A stretch of 64,000 bases of DNA from Eledone cirrhosa. Its lineage: Eukaryota. Positions 51,978 through 64,000 of the stretch are shown piece after piece. The notes beneath the pieces are model-generated. The model was not told the DNA's origin, did not search any database, and worked only from the letters and a program-made list of their open reading frames with translations. Location of the stretch: contig OZ024740.1 in NCBI GenBank assembly GCA_964016885.1, positions 168,764,001 to 168,828,000 on the forward strand. The letters run 5' to 3'. The translations under genes were made by a program, and so were the position numbers. The first letter of the stretch is position 1, and each line of letters opens with the position of its first letter.

Positions 51978-53486
51978 TTGTTATACTTGGGGAGGGTCAT
52001 ATTTGTGTAATATTGCCAGAATTAATAACAGAACACACACACTGTTTGGTTGGTTTTCGCTTTTCGCTTTTGTGTCTTTTATATCGGTAATCTAATTTAT
52101 TCGGTCCTCAATGTTGCCATTGACTGACCGACGGTCAAAAATAATACAGATACAATATAGACGCAAACACATATATATAGTTTATCAAAGTTCTTTCGTT
52201 GCACATCTGCAACATCGTCAGTGGTGCTATTGTTTCCTCCCGTTACATTGTATGTCTACGCCATTTTTATTTAGTCTGTCTATATATTTATTTATTTATT
52301 TGTTTGTTTGTTTATTTTATTTTGTCTTCTTTGCGCATGCGTTTGCGTGTGTGTATAGTGTTTTGTTTGATGTATGTTCGTGATTGGGTGACTAGTGTGT
52401 GTTTATATGTGTCTGTTGTTATTGTGCTTGTGTATGTATTTATTTATTTATTTATCTATTTATTTATTTATTTATTTATTTATTTATACTTCTCTTAGGT
52501 CAGTGTTGTTTGTTTGGGTGTTGTTGTTATTCCATTCATTCTTTCTGTTTAGTCTTGCCTTCTAAGTTCTATTTCACTGGCCTCTCTGTTTGCCTATCTG
52601 CTGGGTCATTTCTATGTTTAGATATTATTCTAATTTCTATGTTGTCTATGTTACCGTTGTGTTGTTGTCTGGCATGTTCGTATAGTACTGACCCGTTTTT
52701 TCGTCCCTTTAGTTCCCCCCAGTGTTGGTCTATCCTTTCACCTATGCTACGAGCTGTCTCGCCTATGTATGTTGTTGTCATGTTTCTGCAAGTACCCTCT
52801 GTACATCTTATGCTATAGACTACGTTTCTAGTTTTACAGTTTATCCGGGGGTTTACCTTACATATGATACATTTCCTATTAGTACAGTGGGTTTTCTTAA
52901 AAGGGTAGGTTTTGCTGATCAGGGATTTTATGGTGGTTTCTGGCTTTTCTACCACCTTAATCTTTAAGTGGGTCTTTTTCAGGGCCTTTCTACACTGGTT
53001 AGCTAATTTCCCTCCAGGGATAGCGTCCACAAACATGACACTCTGGTATCTCTGGTTGTCTTACCATGAGGTGGCTTTCCCTATCTTATGTCTAGCCCTA
53101 TCTAAGCTATTCCATGATTTGCTCCTGTATAATGGGCAAATTCCTTTCATGTCCAGTTCTATGAGGGTCTTATACTTCTCCATGGCTCCTTCGTATACTC
53201 TGACTCTGTCTCTTTGGTTGTAGCCAGAGAACTGCATGCGGTTGATGAAGTGTTGGATGTGTCTTTCCATTTCTGTTGGGTCGCACATGCGGGACACATT
53301 CTTCATCACTCGTACCAAATCTGCGATCAGAATATTAAACTTAGCACTACTGGACATTGCTGAGTTTTTGAGTATCAGGTATTTGGAGGCCATGGGTTTA
53401 GCATAGTGTGAGTGGAGAATTTGGGCTCTCTCGTCTGTAGTGTTAATCCAGAGTTGTGTGTCTAATACAGGTAGTCTATTGTTAGT
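51978..53486 (-). mobile_element. 5'-truncated Penelope-like element (RT C-terminus + GIY-YIG endonuclease + 3'UTR)
   Basis: [17 protein letters not shown] (PLE RT thumb), MQFSGY, Cys linker HCTNRKCIIC..NC, NVVYSIRC..YIGETARSIGERIDQH, terminal LNRKNEW after frameshift; one stop at 53061; both ends in TA tracts. Confidence 0.88.
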
Positions 53487-53493
53487 CTATATA

Positions 53494-53562
<69 letters not shown>

Positions 53563-53998
53563 GTATTTATACATATATATATGTATGTGTATATATATAT
53601 GTATGTATGGAGCAAGGCAGAATTCTAGGAGAAGGAAAACGCTGATATAACACCTGCAACCCTGATGGTATCCAATGATGTTGACTTGTTCTTCTTTTTG
53701 GTAAATATCATTTTGGTTAAGAGAGTGGGACTGGCTTTGTGCAGTGCCTTTGCTAACTATAAAAGCTTCACGGCACAGGCATTGCTTTATATCTGGAGAT
53801 CTCTCTGCACTTGTCGTCACATGGTACCATGGGCCCAGCATTATGTGTCAATAATTGTCACAAGCGTAGTGTTTGTACCAGAGTTTTCAAGTTGGTGGCT
53901 GGACTAAAAAGTCACACTCGTTCAGCGCATCGGTAGGGGTTCACCTACATGGATATAAAGTAGTAGCCATACTCGAAAACGAGTTGGCAGCCACCATG

Positions 53999-54055
<57 letters not shown>

Positions 54056-54057
54056 GA

Positions 54058-54254
54058 GGTCCACGCTGTAATGTGGCCGTGTAGGTAACACGATAAAAAC
54101 CTCCCAGTCCACATTGTAAACATGGTTGGTGTTAGGAAGGGCATCCAGTCGTAGAAAACCTGCCAGACAGTCCTATACGAGCAAGATGACCAATCTTGCC
54201 TCACGTGGGACAATTCCCGTCTAAACCCATGCTAGCGTGGAAGATAGACGTTAA

Positions 54255-54289
<35 letters not shown>
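54058..54289 (+). mobile_element. RTE 3'UTR fragment
   Basis: ggttggtgttaggaagggcatccag motif and (GAT)n tail. Confidence 0.85.
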
Positions 54290-54384
54290 ATATATATATA
54301 TAAGGTAAACAGAAATAACAAACCAAACGACTCAGTACATTGAAGAAATATATTAGTTTGATGCTTAAAATAGCTGGAAATGAG

Positions 54385-54419
54385 TCTTATCATTTCGGAC
54401 ACTAGTCCTTCATCAGAAA
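54385..54419 (-). ncRNA. Degenerate hammerhead core in a TA-adjacent element (54303-54420)
   Basis: CTGATGA-a-GGAC(TAGT)GTCC-GAAATGATA; downstream tail resembles 44926-45008. Confidence 0.5.
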
Positions 54420-54738
54420 ATAGAGTTAGAAATAGAAGATAAATAGAAAGAAAAGAGTGAGGAGAAGAAGGAATGGGGAAAAATTAGAAAAATACAAGTG
54501 GAGAAAAAAAAATACACGTGTTTATTCAGTCAGCCATTTTGGAGATTTTATATATACTTCATCATTTTTATGCCTGTTTTTCCATGCTTGCATAGGTCCT
54601 TCCTAGAAAAGGTTTATATCATTAGCACACCTCTCAATTTCTTCTGTGCACCTTCTACATGTAAAGTTTTCCCTTCTTCTTAGTCTACTCGTTATCCCAC
54701 TGCATCTTTTGTGTACCCAAGATTTACATTATATAGAT

Positions 54739-55008
54739 ATAATTCAAATTTAAAAGATTTATGTAGAGAGAGAGAAAACCATATATCGTTTGAGAAACAC
54801 ATCGTATTTTGTACACATATATGAAGCAAATAATATTCAGGAAAATATACATGCTTTTAGGTGAAAAAAAATGGCCTTTTCCACCTTAAAGTATGTATAT
54901 TTTCCGGAATTTTTTTTTGCTGTATATATGTGTACAAAAACTGTGTTTCTCAAGCAATATATGGTTATCTCTCTCTACACACACATATGTCTTTTAAATT
55001 TGAATTAT
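54739..55008. repeat. Diverged ~125-bp-arm inverted repeat
   Basis: taattcaaatttaaaaga...aggtgaaaa / ttttccacct...tcttttaaatttgaatta. Confidence 0.75.
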
Positions 55009-55140
55009 TGATTTGCCTAATCAATGTCCATTGAGCTTATTTATTGAGAAACATGATCATCATACATATTAAATATGTATTGATACCATAACATAGTATA
55101 TATAAATATATATATATATATATAGATAGATAGATATCTT

Positions 55141-57429
55141 TCTTTATTTGCCACAGGGGTGTACAAAAATGGGACATTACAAGACTTGACGGCGGGGGTT
55201 TTACATAAAAATAACTAACATTAATAAATAACAATAAACTATATATAATAAAATAACAATTGAAATCCCCAATAGTGTGGAACGTTACACCCTGTGGATA
55301 GAACAACCCTCAACACCAGGAACATGTTTTGTAGGTGTTCCTGTCTTCCCTCTGTTTATCTTCCTCAACCTACAGGTTTATATACAGAGAAGGCCCATTT
55401 TCGCCACATTCACCCACCTTTCAGTGAATTTACTGGAGTGTAGCACCTCTCTCTCCACTCTCACCTTCCTTCTGAAGTGATACTTAAAGAAGGGGATAAG
55501 TTGTTGTCCGGAGAGAAAGGTGTTTGCCCTCAGTCCTTTTAACCTCGTCCACCATATTACCTCTTTCGCCATAGCCACCAGACAGAGGAAAACCGCATCT
55601 CCTTTGTTCTTAAATGAAGGCGGTAGGGTGATCCTCACGATGGACTTGGCTGACGACTGAATGCGTCCCACACGTGACAGCAGCTGTTCGACATAATTCC
55701 ACAGGTCGGTCACCCCTGGGCACTGAACAATTGCGTGCAGAACGGTTTCGATGTCCTGCTCGCATCTTGGACAGGTCCTTTTGGCAGGATCTCTGCCAGG
55801 GCGTCTGTGCCTGTAGATTTTGTCTCGAACTGGTAGAGCTCCTCAGTAGCACTGCCAGGCCAGAGACCTCTGGAAGTTATCGATAGGCCCTGGTCGGAAA
55901 GTCCTCTCGAACAGACTGGTCAGTTCGTCCTCGATGTCTACAGTTTCCCTGAGAACGTCGTCGCACTTATCCTCCACTAATCCCCTATAGAATATCGAAG
56001 TGGAGTCTCCTATAGAATATCGAAGTGGAGTCTCCGCTGATTGCCGTTTCCGGGGTGAACGCCTGTAGGCACTCGAGGTGCCAGGCACCCATTTTCAGTC
56101 TTCACTTGACCCAGGACTGCAGCTCTGTTAGTGAGACGAGTTGTGGAAGAGCTTGTCTCACAAACGACAGCCACACCGGTTCACCGGTCAGGAATACCTG
56201 GAGATGGCGTAGCTTCAGCGCATGTTTGCACATCATTAGCCACGGCATACCCAGCCCTCCGTTAGAGGGGTGTTGACAGCAGATGGATCTCCTCACCAAT
56301 GGAACCTGTTTCTTCCAGAGGAACTTGAAGAATAGGCGTTCCTTTTTGGTAAGGTATTTGTGGGGGCAAGGCACGACTGTCAAGTGGTAGTAGAAACGGA
56401 CGCTATGTAAGTGTTTGCCACCTCCGCTCGACCTTTCAAGGAGAGTTTGCACTCTCCCACTTCTGGGTGAGTGCAAACACCTTTGCCGTGACCTCGTTCC
56501 AGTTCTTGTCCACCTGGAGATCTGGACCAAACCAGACCCCGAGCAATTTCACCGGTCCTTCTGTTCAGCGTCCAACGACAATATCGGAAGGCATGGGTTT
56601 GCCTCTCCATGTGCCGAGTTGCAAACCGACAGACTTGTTTGGGTTTAGTCTTGCTCCTGTCAACCTTTCGTATTCCTGTAATAGGGTGCTGATTACCCCG
56701 ATTTCCGAGGTTTTCGACACCATTACAGTTATGTTGTCGGCACAGGCCGACACTGCTTTCCGCAGTCCTGGTTCGATCGGGATGCGCTGCAACAGCTCCA
56801 ACTTCCGCAGTAACGGCTCAAGAATCAGTACATTCAGAATGGAGGAGAGAGGGCACCCCTGACGGATGGAACGCAGGATTTAGAATGGCTCCGATAGGTA
56901 GCCATTCACCTTGACTGCTGAGCAGATGTTGGTGTGCATGGCAGCAATCCAGCCTCTGAAGGCGGGACCGAAGCCGGCTGCCTTGAGAAGGCTTCCAAGT
57001 ATTGATGATCGACCCTATCAAATGCCTTAGACTGATCTAAATTGATCAGAGCCCCACCGAAGCCAGTTTTACACCCTACCCTCTCTATGATGTATTGCAT
57101 GAGGTGGAGGTTGTTGTGTATGGACCTGGTTGGGATTACACACATTTGGGCTTCCCCTACCAGGTTCTCAACGACAAGCGCCAGCCTTACCTTGGCCAAA
57201 ATCTTTAACTCTGTGTTGAGCAGAGTTATGGGCCTGAAATTGCTTATCTGATCCCCCTTGTTCTCATCTTTCCTGATCAGTGTTACTACGCCTCTGCCTA
57301 CAGAACTGGGAATCCTCCCGTTCTGCTGCCAGTTGCAGTAGACCGCTTCGAGGACACCAGAGAACAAGTCTCGCATGCCTATGTAAAACTCATAGGGTAG
57401 ACCATCTAAACCGTTTCCTGCAGCGGCCT
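55141..57429 (-). mobile_element. 5'-truncated Tx1/L1-clade LINE
   Basis: DGLPYEFY, NFRPITLLNTELKILAK, LDQSKAFDRVDH; same family as 22355-25575; small tandem duplication at ~55983-56034. Confidence 0.92.
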
Positions 57430-59524
57430 AGAGATAGATAGATGCAGGTATGGTTGAGTGGTTACAAAGTTTGTTTCACATTTATATGATCCTAAGTTCA
57501 ATCTCAGAAAAGTGTCTTTACCATAGCCTCATGTCAACCTCAGCCTTGTAAATGAACTTGGGTAGACAGAAACTGTGTGGAAGCCTGTGGGATGGATTTT
57601 ACTTCTAATTTAAAGATCCAACTTTGTCACATTGTGTCACACTAGATCTGCCTGGGAATTATGTTCAGGGTACACATATCTGTGGACTACTTGACCGCTT
57701 ACATAATTCATGGGTGAGGCATTATATATATGTGTGGGGCCCTATGTTATAATTTTGTACTGTATTGAATGCTTTAAAAATGCAAGCTTTATGTTGTTTC
57801 AGTTTCGATGTTAGGGAATTAGAAGTTAATTTGACTTGAGAATATGATTTCTTTCATCATCATCATTGTCATTACCACGACCACTATTCGTCAATGCTTG
57901 TTAGATGAGTTCTCCTCTCCATTTGTTTCTTTGCTTTGTCATCTCCTTTGTGAGGTTCAGTTTCTTGAGATCCCCTTTTACCACTTCTGTGCATGTCTCT
58001 CTTGGTTTTCCTCTTTCACATTTTTCTTGCACTTGGAACACCTGGTACTTCTTCACCCAATGATCATCATCCATAAGCATTACATGTTCATCCCAGCACA
58101 GGCATCTTCTGTATGCTACATCTGATTCCTCTTATGCTCCGTTTTTTTTCTCTCAGCTCATACACCTGCTCAAAGTACATATTCAAATGTTAATATTTTC
58201 AGATTCACACCACCTTTCCAGTTTATCTGTGAATATGTTTGAACACATCCTAATATTTACAAATATGTTGACAAGGACACACACCACACATACACACACA
58301 CTCTCCCCCTCTCTCTCACTTATCTAGATACAAATATATAAACATTTTTTTCAGAAAAACCTAAAAGGGATGGTATGTTTTATTACAAAAAATCATATGT
58401 TCCATATCCTTGGTATGAATACGGCTTCTAGGACACAAGCTGTGTCTTAATTTATTCATTGCAGGAAAATTAGTATTCATTTATTAATAATTGGTATTCA
58501 TTTATTAAAAATGTTTTATTATTTGCATAGAGAACTTATCAAATATGTGTGTGTCATCATCATCATCATCTTTGTTTAACGTCCATCTTCCATGCTAGCA
58601 TGGGTTAGACGGGTGTGTACATATATATGTATATATGTCTGTGTACATTTATATATATAAAGAGAGAGAGAGAGAAACTGATATAGATATATAAACATAC
58701 ACATATGCATTTATATATGTCTATGTATATAGATATATGATAAGGATAGAAATATAGATTTTTCTGAGCATTTTAAAAACATCACTGAATAATCAATAGT
58801 GTAATTTTTAACAAATTTTCCTCAAATACATGAGACCCTGCATAAAATATTCATTAAAACAACTCAAGTAATTTTGTAAAGTGGAAATATAAATTTTTAC
58901 TACTAAAATTAACATCTTCCATGCATCATCACAGATATAGATAGGCTTGTTACATTTTCTGATCATATTTTTAAGTTTCAAATATACTGACATAGTTGAA
59001 CTTCAAAGTAAACACATTTTGGAGGATTCAAGTGATTGTTGGGATTATAACAATATTCTAAAATGGTTTTGGAGGTGGATGGGGAGAAAACTTTGGCTCA
59101 TGGAGCTGGCTTTAAAGAGTGTGTGACATCTAGTGTATTGTGGCGTGCACCCATTTTTCAATGTTTGCATGGTTAAATAAGGAATTGGAAATCAGGTAAG
59201 TGTTGAGTTGAAGTGAGTGAATGAGCAATGCCTGGCAGTACACTGTGGTGTACATATGTCCAGCTTTCCTTACTGGAAATGGTTGGATGAGGAAAGAGGA
59301 ACCATGGATGTGAGTAGAGCAAACTCAAAAGTGGGTAGAAGGATATGAAGTGTGTGAAGAGGAAGAATAGGTGGAGTGGGAATGTTAAATAAAAAGTAAG
59401 GTTGCATATTAGCATGGGGGACCTAGATTTGTTATTACCATCCTCCTCACACTTCTTTTATCTGACTGTTCTGGGAAGGTGAGTCTTCAGTAGTATGGCT
59501 ACAGTTCAATTATATATATATATA

Positions 59525-60157
59525 CTAGCAGTGGTACCCGGCGTTGCACGGGATAAGGTATTTTGGAACGCGGGCCGCGAACAGACCTAATCGTGGAAAA
59601 ACTGCATGCCTGGACAATATGTTTGGACAATATGTAAAGAAAATAAATCGAATACTCTGATGGCTGGATAATCTTTAAGATTTTCCTCGATGAAGCAGGA
59701 AAAATGCAGGTTTTCACCTAATACGGACCCTAGGGAATCAAGAAAATGAATTTTTTTTATGTGCATAATATGCCTTGAAATTTTGGGAAAATCGGCTACA
59801 CGTAACGCCTCAAAAAAGCCCTAAAAGGCTGAAAAAATGAAGTTTTTCACCTAATGCGGGCCCTAGGCTATAACAAAGTTGGATTTTCTTTGCTCACGGT
59901 ATGAAGAAGAGACTAATACATAGTTACAATTTCAAGGAAATTGGTCTGACGTAACGCCTCAAAAAACCCTTAAAAAGCTGAAAAAATGCAGTTTTTCACC
60001 TAATGCGGGCCCTAGGGGATCAATAAGTTTTATGTGCATAACACTCCCTGAAACATAAGTAATACACATGTAAAGTTTGAAAAAGATCGGTTGGGTACTT
60101 CTCGAGTTTTAGGGATTCAAACTCACAGACACACACACAGACAGACATCCTCAGTTT

Positions 60158-60167
<10 letters not shown>
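59525..60167 (-). mobile_element. Non-autonomous Helitron
   Basis: Minus strand 5' tatatatataaaactgaggatgtctgtctg; 3' cccgtgcaacgccgggtaccactgCTAG|T; three internal repeats with ttttcacctaat.cgg.ccctagg at ~59712, 59844, 59993. Confidence 0.8.
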
Positions 60168-60188
<21 letters not shown>

Positions 60189-60189
<1 letters not shown>

Positions 60190-60290
60190 ATCATCATTTT
60201 ACGTCCGCTTTTCCCTGCTTGCAAGGGTGGGGCGGGAACTGATTCTGGCTTGATTTCTACAGCTGGATGCCCTTCCTAACACCAACCTCA
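60189..60290 (-). mobile_element. SINE family A 3' fragment
   Basis: Reverse complement of the 45265-45365 tail. Confidence 0.8.
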
Positions 60291-60307
60291 TTATATATAT
60301 ATATATA

Positions 60308-60738
60308 TATAAACGTTTGGTGTAGAAGGCCAGTACAATGCAGGTATGGATATAGAATATAAATACCAATGCAAAAGAGATCGCTGACAATTAGTCTTTT
60401 ACCTTAAATTTATTTGAATATCCTTAAGTTTCGAGATAATATCTCTTCTTCAGAGGGAAGTAAAGGGGTTAATCCAGTGTTCTAATTAGCTTCCTGTCAG
60501 CATGACTTGGCAAGCTAATTAGAACACTGGATTAACCCCTTTACTTCCCTCTGAAGAAGAGATATTATCTCAAAACTTAAGGAGATTCAAATAAATTTAA
60601 GGTAAAAGACTAATTGACAGCGATATCTTTTGCATTTGTATTTATAATCTATATCCAAACCTGCATTGTTCTGGCCTTCTAACTCCAAACGTTTATACCT
60701 CACTACACAATGCTTCAAGTAAACTACAATTTCCTTCT
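60308..60738. mobile_element. Fold-back element in (TA)n: ~185-bp arms plus ~40-bp tail
   Basis: 60308-60492 inverts to 60512-60697; degenerate hammerhead CTGAAGA-a-GAGAT(ATT)ATCTC-GAAACTTAAG at 60421-60457 (-). Confidence 0.82.
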
Positions 60739-61115
60739 TATATATATATATATATAATTCAACAGTGGCTACTTCTGTTTTCACCAACGTATTTTTATCA
60801 TATATATATGTGTGTGTGTGTTTGCACATAAGTATGTATGTACATGTATATAATATTGACACTGTGTCTGATATCTTATAGGTAATACCTTTAGGCATCC
60901 ACATCATGGATTGTTTACGTTTGTTTACACTAAGTTCGTCGATTGCTTGATCAACCAATGCTTTTTACTTGGAATTTTTCGGAAGGAAAGGCAAAGGAAA
61001 AAAGAGTGCTCTATGTATAGAACAGAGCTATTCTGGGACCCAGAAACCTTTGGTAATGGAGTAGTTATATTTTGTGTTGTTCACTTTCTAACTAAATATA
61101 TATATATATATAAAT

Positions 61116-61358
61116 GAAGTAATTCTGTCAGAAAGGTCCAGGAAAAAAGAGTGCTCTATGTAGGTTACAGAGCTTATTAGTTATGTAATAAACAACATAA
61201 GATAATTATTTCATTTACCAGTGGTTTCTTGAAAGCAAAAAAATTTGCTTTCAGTCATCAGAATGAAAAAATCCTGGTGTTTTAAAGCAAATATGTTTGC
61301 TTTCAAGAAACCACTGGTAAATGAAATAATTATCTTATATTGTTTATTACATAACTAT
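61116..61358 (-). mobile_element. Fold-back hammerhead element in (TA)n
   Basis: Arms 61178-61250 and 61284-61358; tail shares aggaaaaaagagtgctctatgta with 33404-33430 and 60995-61018. Confidence 0.82.
61209..61268 (-). ncRNA. Type-I hammerhead ribozyme (predicted)
   Basis: TTTCATT-CTGATGA-cTGAAAGCAAA(TTTT)TTTGCTTTCAa-GAA-ACC(ACT)GGT-A-AATGAAA: 7-bp stem I, 10-bp stem II. Confidence 0.75.
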
Positions 61359-63539
61359 ATATATATAGAGAGAGAGATGATGATGGTGAAGGTATATATA
61401 TAAATTCAAAGCCAGTTTCTTCTGTAGTGGGTAAAAATATTTATTATGTTGTTGATTGTTGAACAAATGTGTTCAGCGATTGTAATGAGTGTGAATTTGA
61501 TGATTTGGTCAGTGGTTTATTGTAGAGTGGTAGGAATTGTAGTGGCTTGATGGGTGAATGTGTAAATTGATCTGTCCCATATAAGGTGATGTATGAAATG
61601 CTGTAGTCAATGAACGATAAAGAAGATCTACTACTTTAATAACGTTGTTGACTTGCTTCAAAGTTATTGTGACAATATAGGAAAAACAAAGATATTCATA
61701 GTGAAATTGTGTGAGTGCTTGTATGATGGTTTGGCATGGATGTTTGTGGTAAATCTGTTAAAATGTGTATATTGCTAACCTTTGTTGATAGAGCTTGTTG
61801 GCTAAGACCCCAATGGGTCTGAGTAAATCTATTGACAACTACATGACTCTGATGTCTTTCATGAATTGGAGTAAACTGATTGGATAGCCGAAGGTAGAGT
61901 ATTATATGTGAATCAGCAGATGGCCTCTAGAAAACCATTTCTCCAGACAATATGGCAACACTAGTCCCAAATAAAGGAATTAAATATCTACAAAGCAAAA
62001 AAGTCAGTGTGTGTGGTCACAATGGCCTATTTAGTTAACTTGGAAACAAAAGTTCAAATCAATCTAATTACATTTGCTACAATTCCGTCATTTTCTTTGT
62101 AAAATGATAATTGAGGATTAGAAGACTAATTTTCTCATATTTTATCCCAAAATTATAGATTTAATATTGATTAACTGAATTCATTTAAAATATTGCAGTC
62201 CATTCATTTCACCTCCTTTACTGTGCCATAATTTCAAAATACTAATTTTCATAATTTTTGCTATGAGGAAGATTATCTAAGATTAACCTTTCTAACCTAA
62301 TTAATGTATTTATAACATTTCAGCTGTACTCTTATAAACTAACACCATAACAAGCCAATAAGAGAGCCTATATGATATTTTTCAGCATACTAGAAATAAA
62401 ACCCAAATTACTCTTAACTTTTTCATTACCGTATTTTTTATGAAAAACACATTGCATATTATTTTCAAATAATCAAGAATTTGGAAGGATTTAGTAGTAG
62501 CCTTCCCATTATTAAGCTGGTGTTTGGAATATAATGTAACACAAATTCTTACATATAATTATGATGGAACGTATTTAGGTAAATATAAACACTTTAAAAT
62601 AAATGATCTTTTACTGCAGAATTGGTCTGTGATAGGTGGTTTGGTATCAATTTTAAATAATATGCCTAAAAAAAACAAACATGATAATCATTTCTGGAAA
62701 ACCTTTTATCATGGGTCTACTCAATCTGGAACTAAAACAACAATAATAACAGCCACAACTATAACTAGCATCATATAAATAGCAGTACATGAGTAATGAG
62801 ACCTAGCTCTTGCATTGTTAGCAGTTGTATGTTTTGAAGTCTTTATTCTTAAATTATGTTCTTTATCAGATTTTTTATATCTTTACATATTGATTTTTAA
62901 TTTCGGCACATGGCCAACAAATTTGGGGCTATGGTAAAGTTGATTACATCAACCCTAATAATTGACTGCTACTTTATTTTATAAATGCCTGCAACAATGA
63001 ACGACAAAGTTCATCTTGGGAGGATTGGAACTCAAATTGTAAAGAGCCATAACAAATGCCACAAATACCAAGAAGGGTGAAAGGGAAGGGAGTGATGTGA
63101 TATTCTTAGATCAGAAGCTTGGCCTGAATACTTGCAACAGAGTAGAGTCTGATAAAGGCTCCCAACTACCAGATGAGGGTGTTAAACCAAGTGACATATT
63201 AAATTACCAAATGATTTATTTAGGGGAAAAATTCATTGAAATGATCAGTTATTGATACATAATTATATGATCAAACAGTCAATTTTATTCATCATACAAC
63301 TGCATTAGATGAATAAATATTTATGTGGGTTGGAGTATGACAGCTTTGAAACTCTGAAACTTTTGAGCTGCTGTAAATATTTGTAATAGGTTCAATATTA
63401 ACAAAAAAAAAGAAAGAAAAAAGAAAGAAATATGTGTGTGTGTGTGTGTACGACTGTGTGATGCCTGTGTGCGTGTATATGACTGTGTGACACCTGTGTG
63501 TGAAATAAACATCGGCAGTAACTGCATAGGACAAGTGTA

Positions 63540-63918
63540 GGTTGGAGAGAAATGAAGCATCTATGCTTCATTGGATGTGCAGTGTAAATGTGAGAGAAAG
63601 GCAGAGCTTGGATAAACTGAGGGAGAAACTGGGTTTAAGAGGAATCCGAAGTGGTGTGCAAGAGAGAAGACGGCATAGGTATGGACATATCATGTGCATG
63701 GTTGATGATTGTTGGTTGAAGAAATGCCAGGAAATCTCAGTGGAAGGAAGCCACAGTAAAGGTAGACAAAAGAAGTCCTGCGCAAACGTGGTGAGAGCTG
63801 ATCTCAAGTCACTGAGACTAACATAGGAAATGACGAAGGAATGTGATGAGTGGGAGTGGAGAGATGCTGTGCTGAAAACCAAGCATGGAAAAATGGACGT
63901 AAAACAATGATGATGATG
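63540..63918 (+). mobile_element. Older RTE 3' fragment
   Basis: [12 protein letters not shown]...LREKLGLRGIR...YGHI; (GAT)n tail. Confidence 0.82.
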
Positions 63919-64000
63919 ATATATATATATGTGTGTGTGTGTGTTCATCATCTTTCCATGCTTTTGTGAGTTGGACATCATCTTTTTCTGGCAGATATCC

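Noticed and set aside
52085-52140. HDV-like ribozyme or SECIS in the PLE 3'UTR
   Set aside because: A hairpin (TCAATG-GCAA-CATTGA) exists, but I could not build the P1/P2/P3 pseudoknot, and the ORF's internal stop is TAA, not TGA.
61385-61900. Possible highly decayed retroelement ORF on the minus strand
   Set aside because: Composition is suggestive, but I could not read any convincing motif.

Overview
AT-rich, repeat-saturated animal genomic DNA. The SINE/LINE complement and long (TA)n tracts look like octopus/cephalopod (inference). One clear host exon (869-1024, +) encodes the post-GRAM segment of a GRAMD1/Aster lipid-transfer protein. A second candidate exon lies at ~31386/31410-31496. 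The rest is most likely a very large intron filled with CR1, RTE, Tx1/L1, R4/Dong and Penelope-like retroelements, two Helitrons, several tRNA-SINE families and a piggyBac-type MITE. The most striking unexplained structure is about ten short elements from several unrelated sequence families, all sitting inside (TA)n microsatellites. Most are head-to-head fold-back palindromes with an unpaired tail. Many carry minimal type-I hammerhead ribozymes that can be folded by eye, including a U3-A8 core variant, and one sits next to a Penelope-like RT/GIY-YIG ORF. All assignments are by manual motif reading; no search or folding program was run, and repeat boundaries are approximate.
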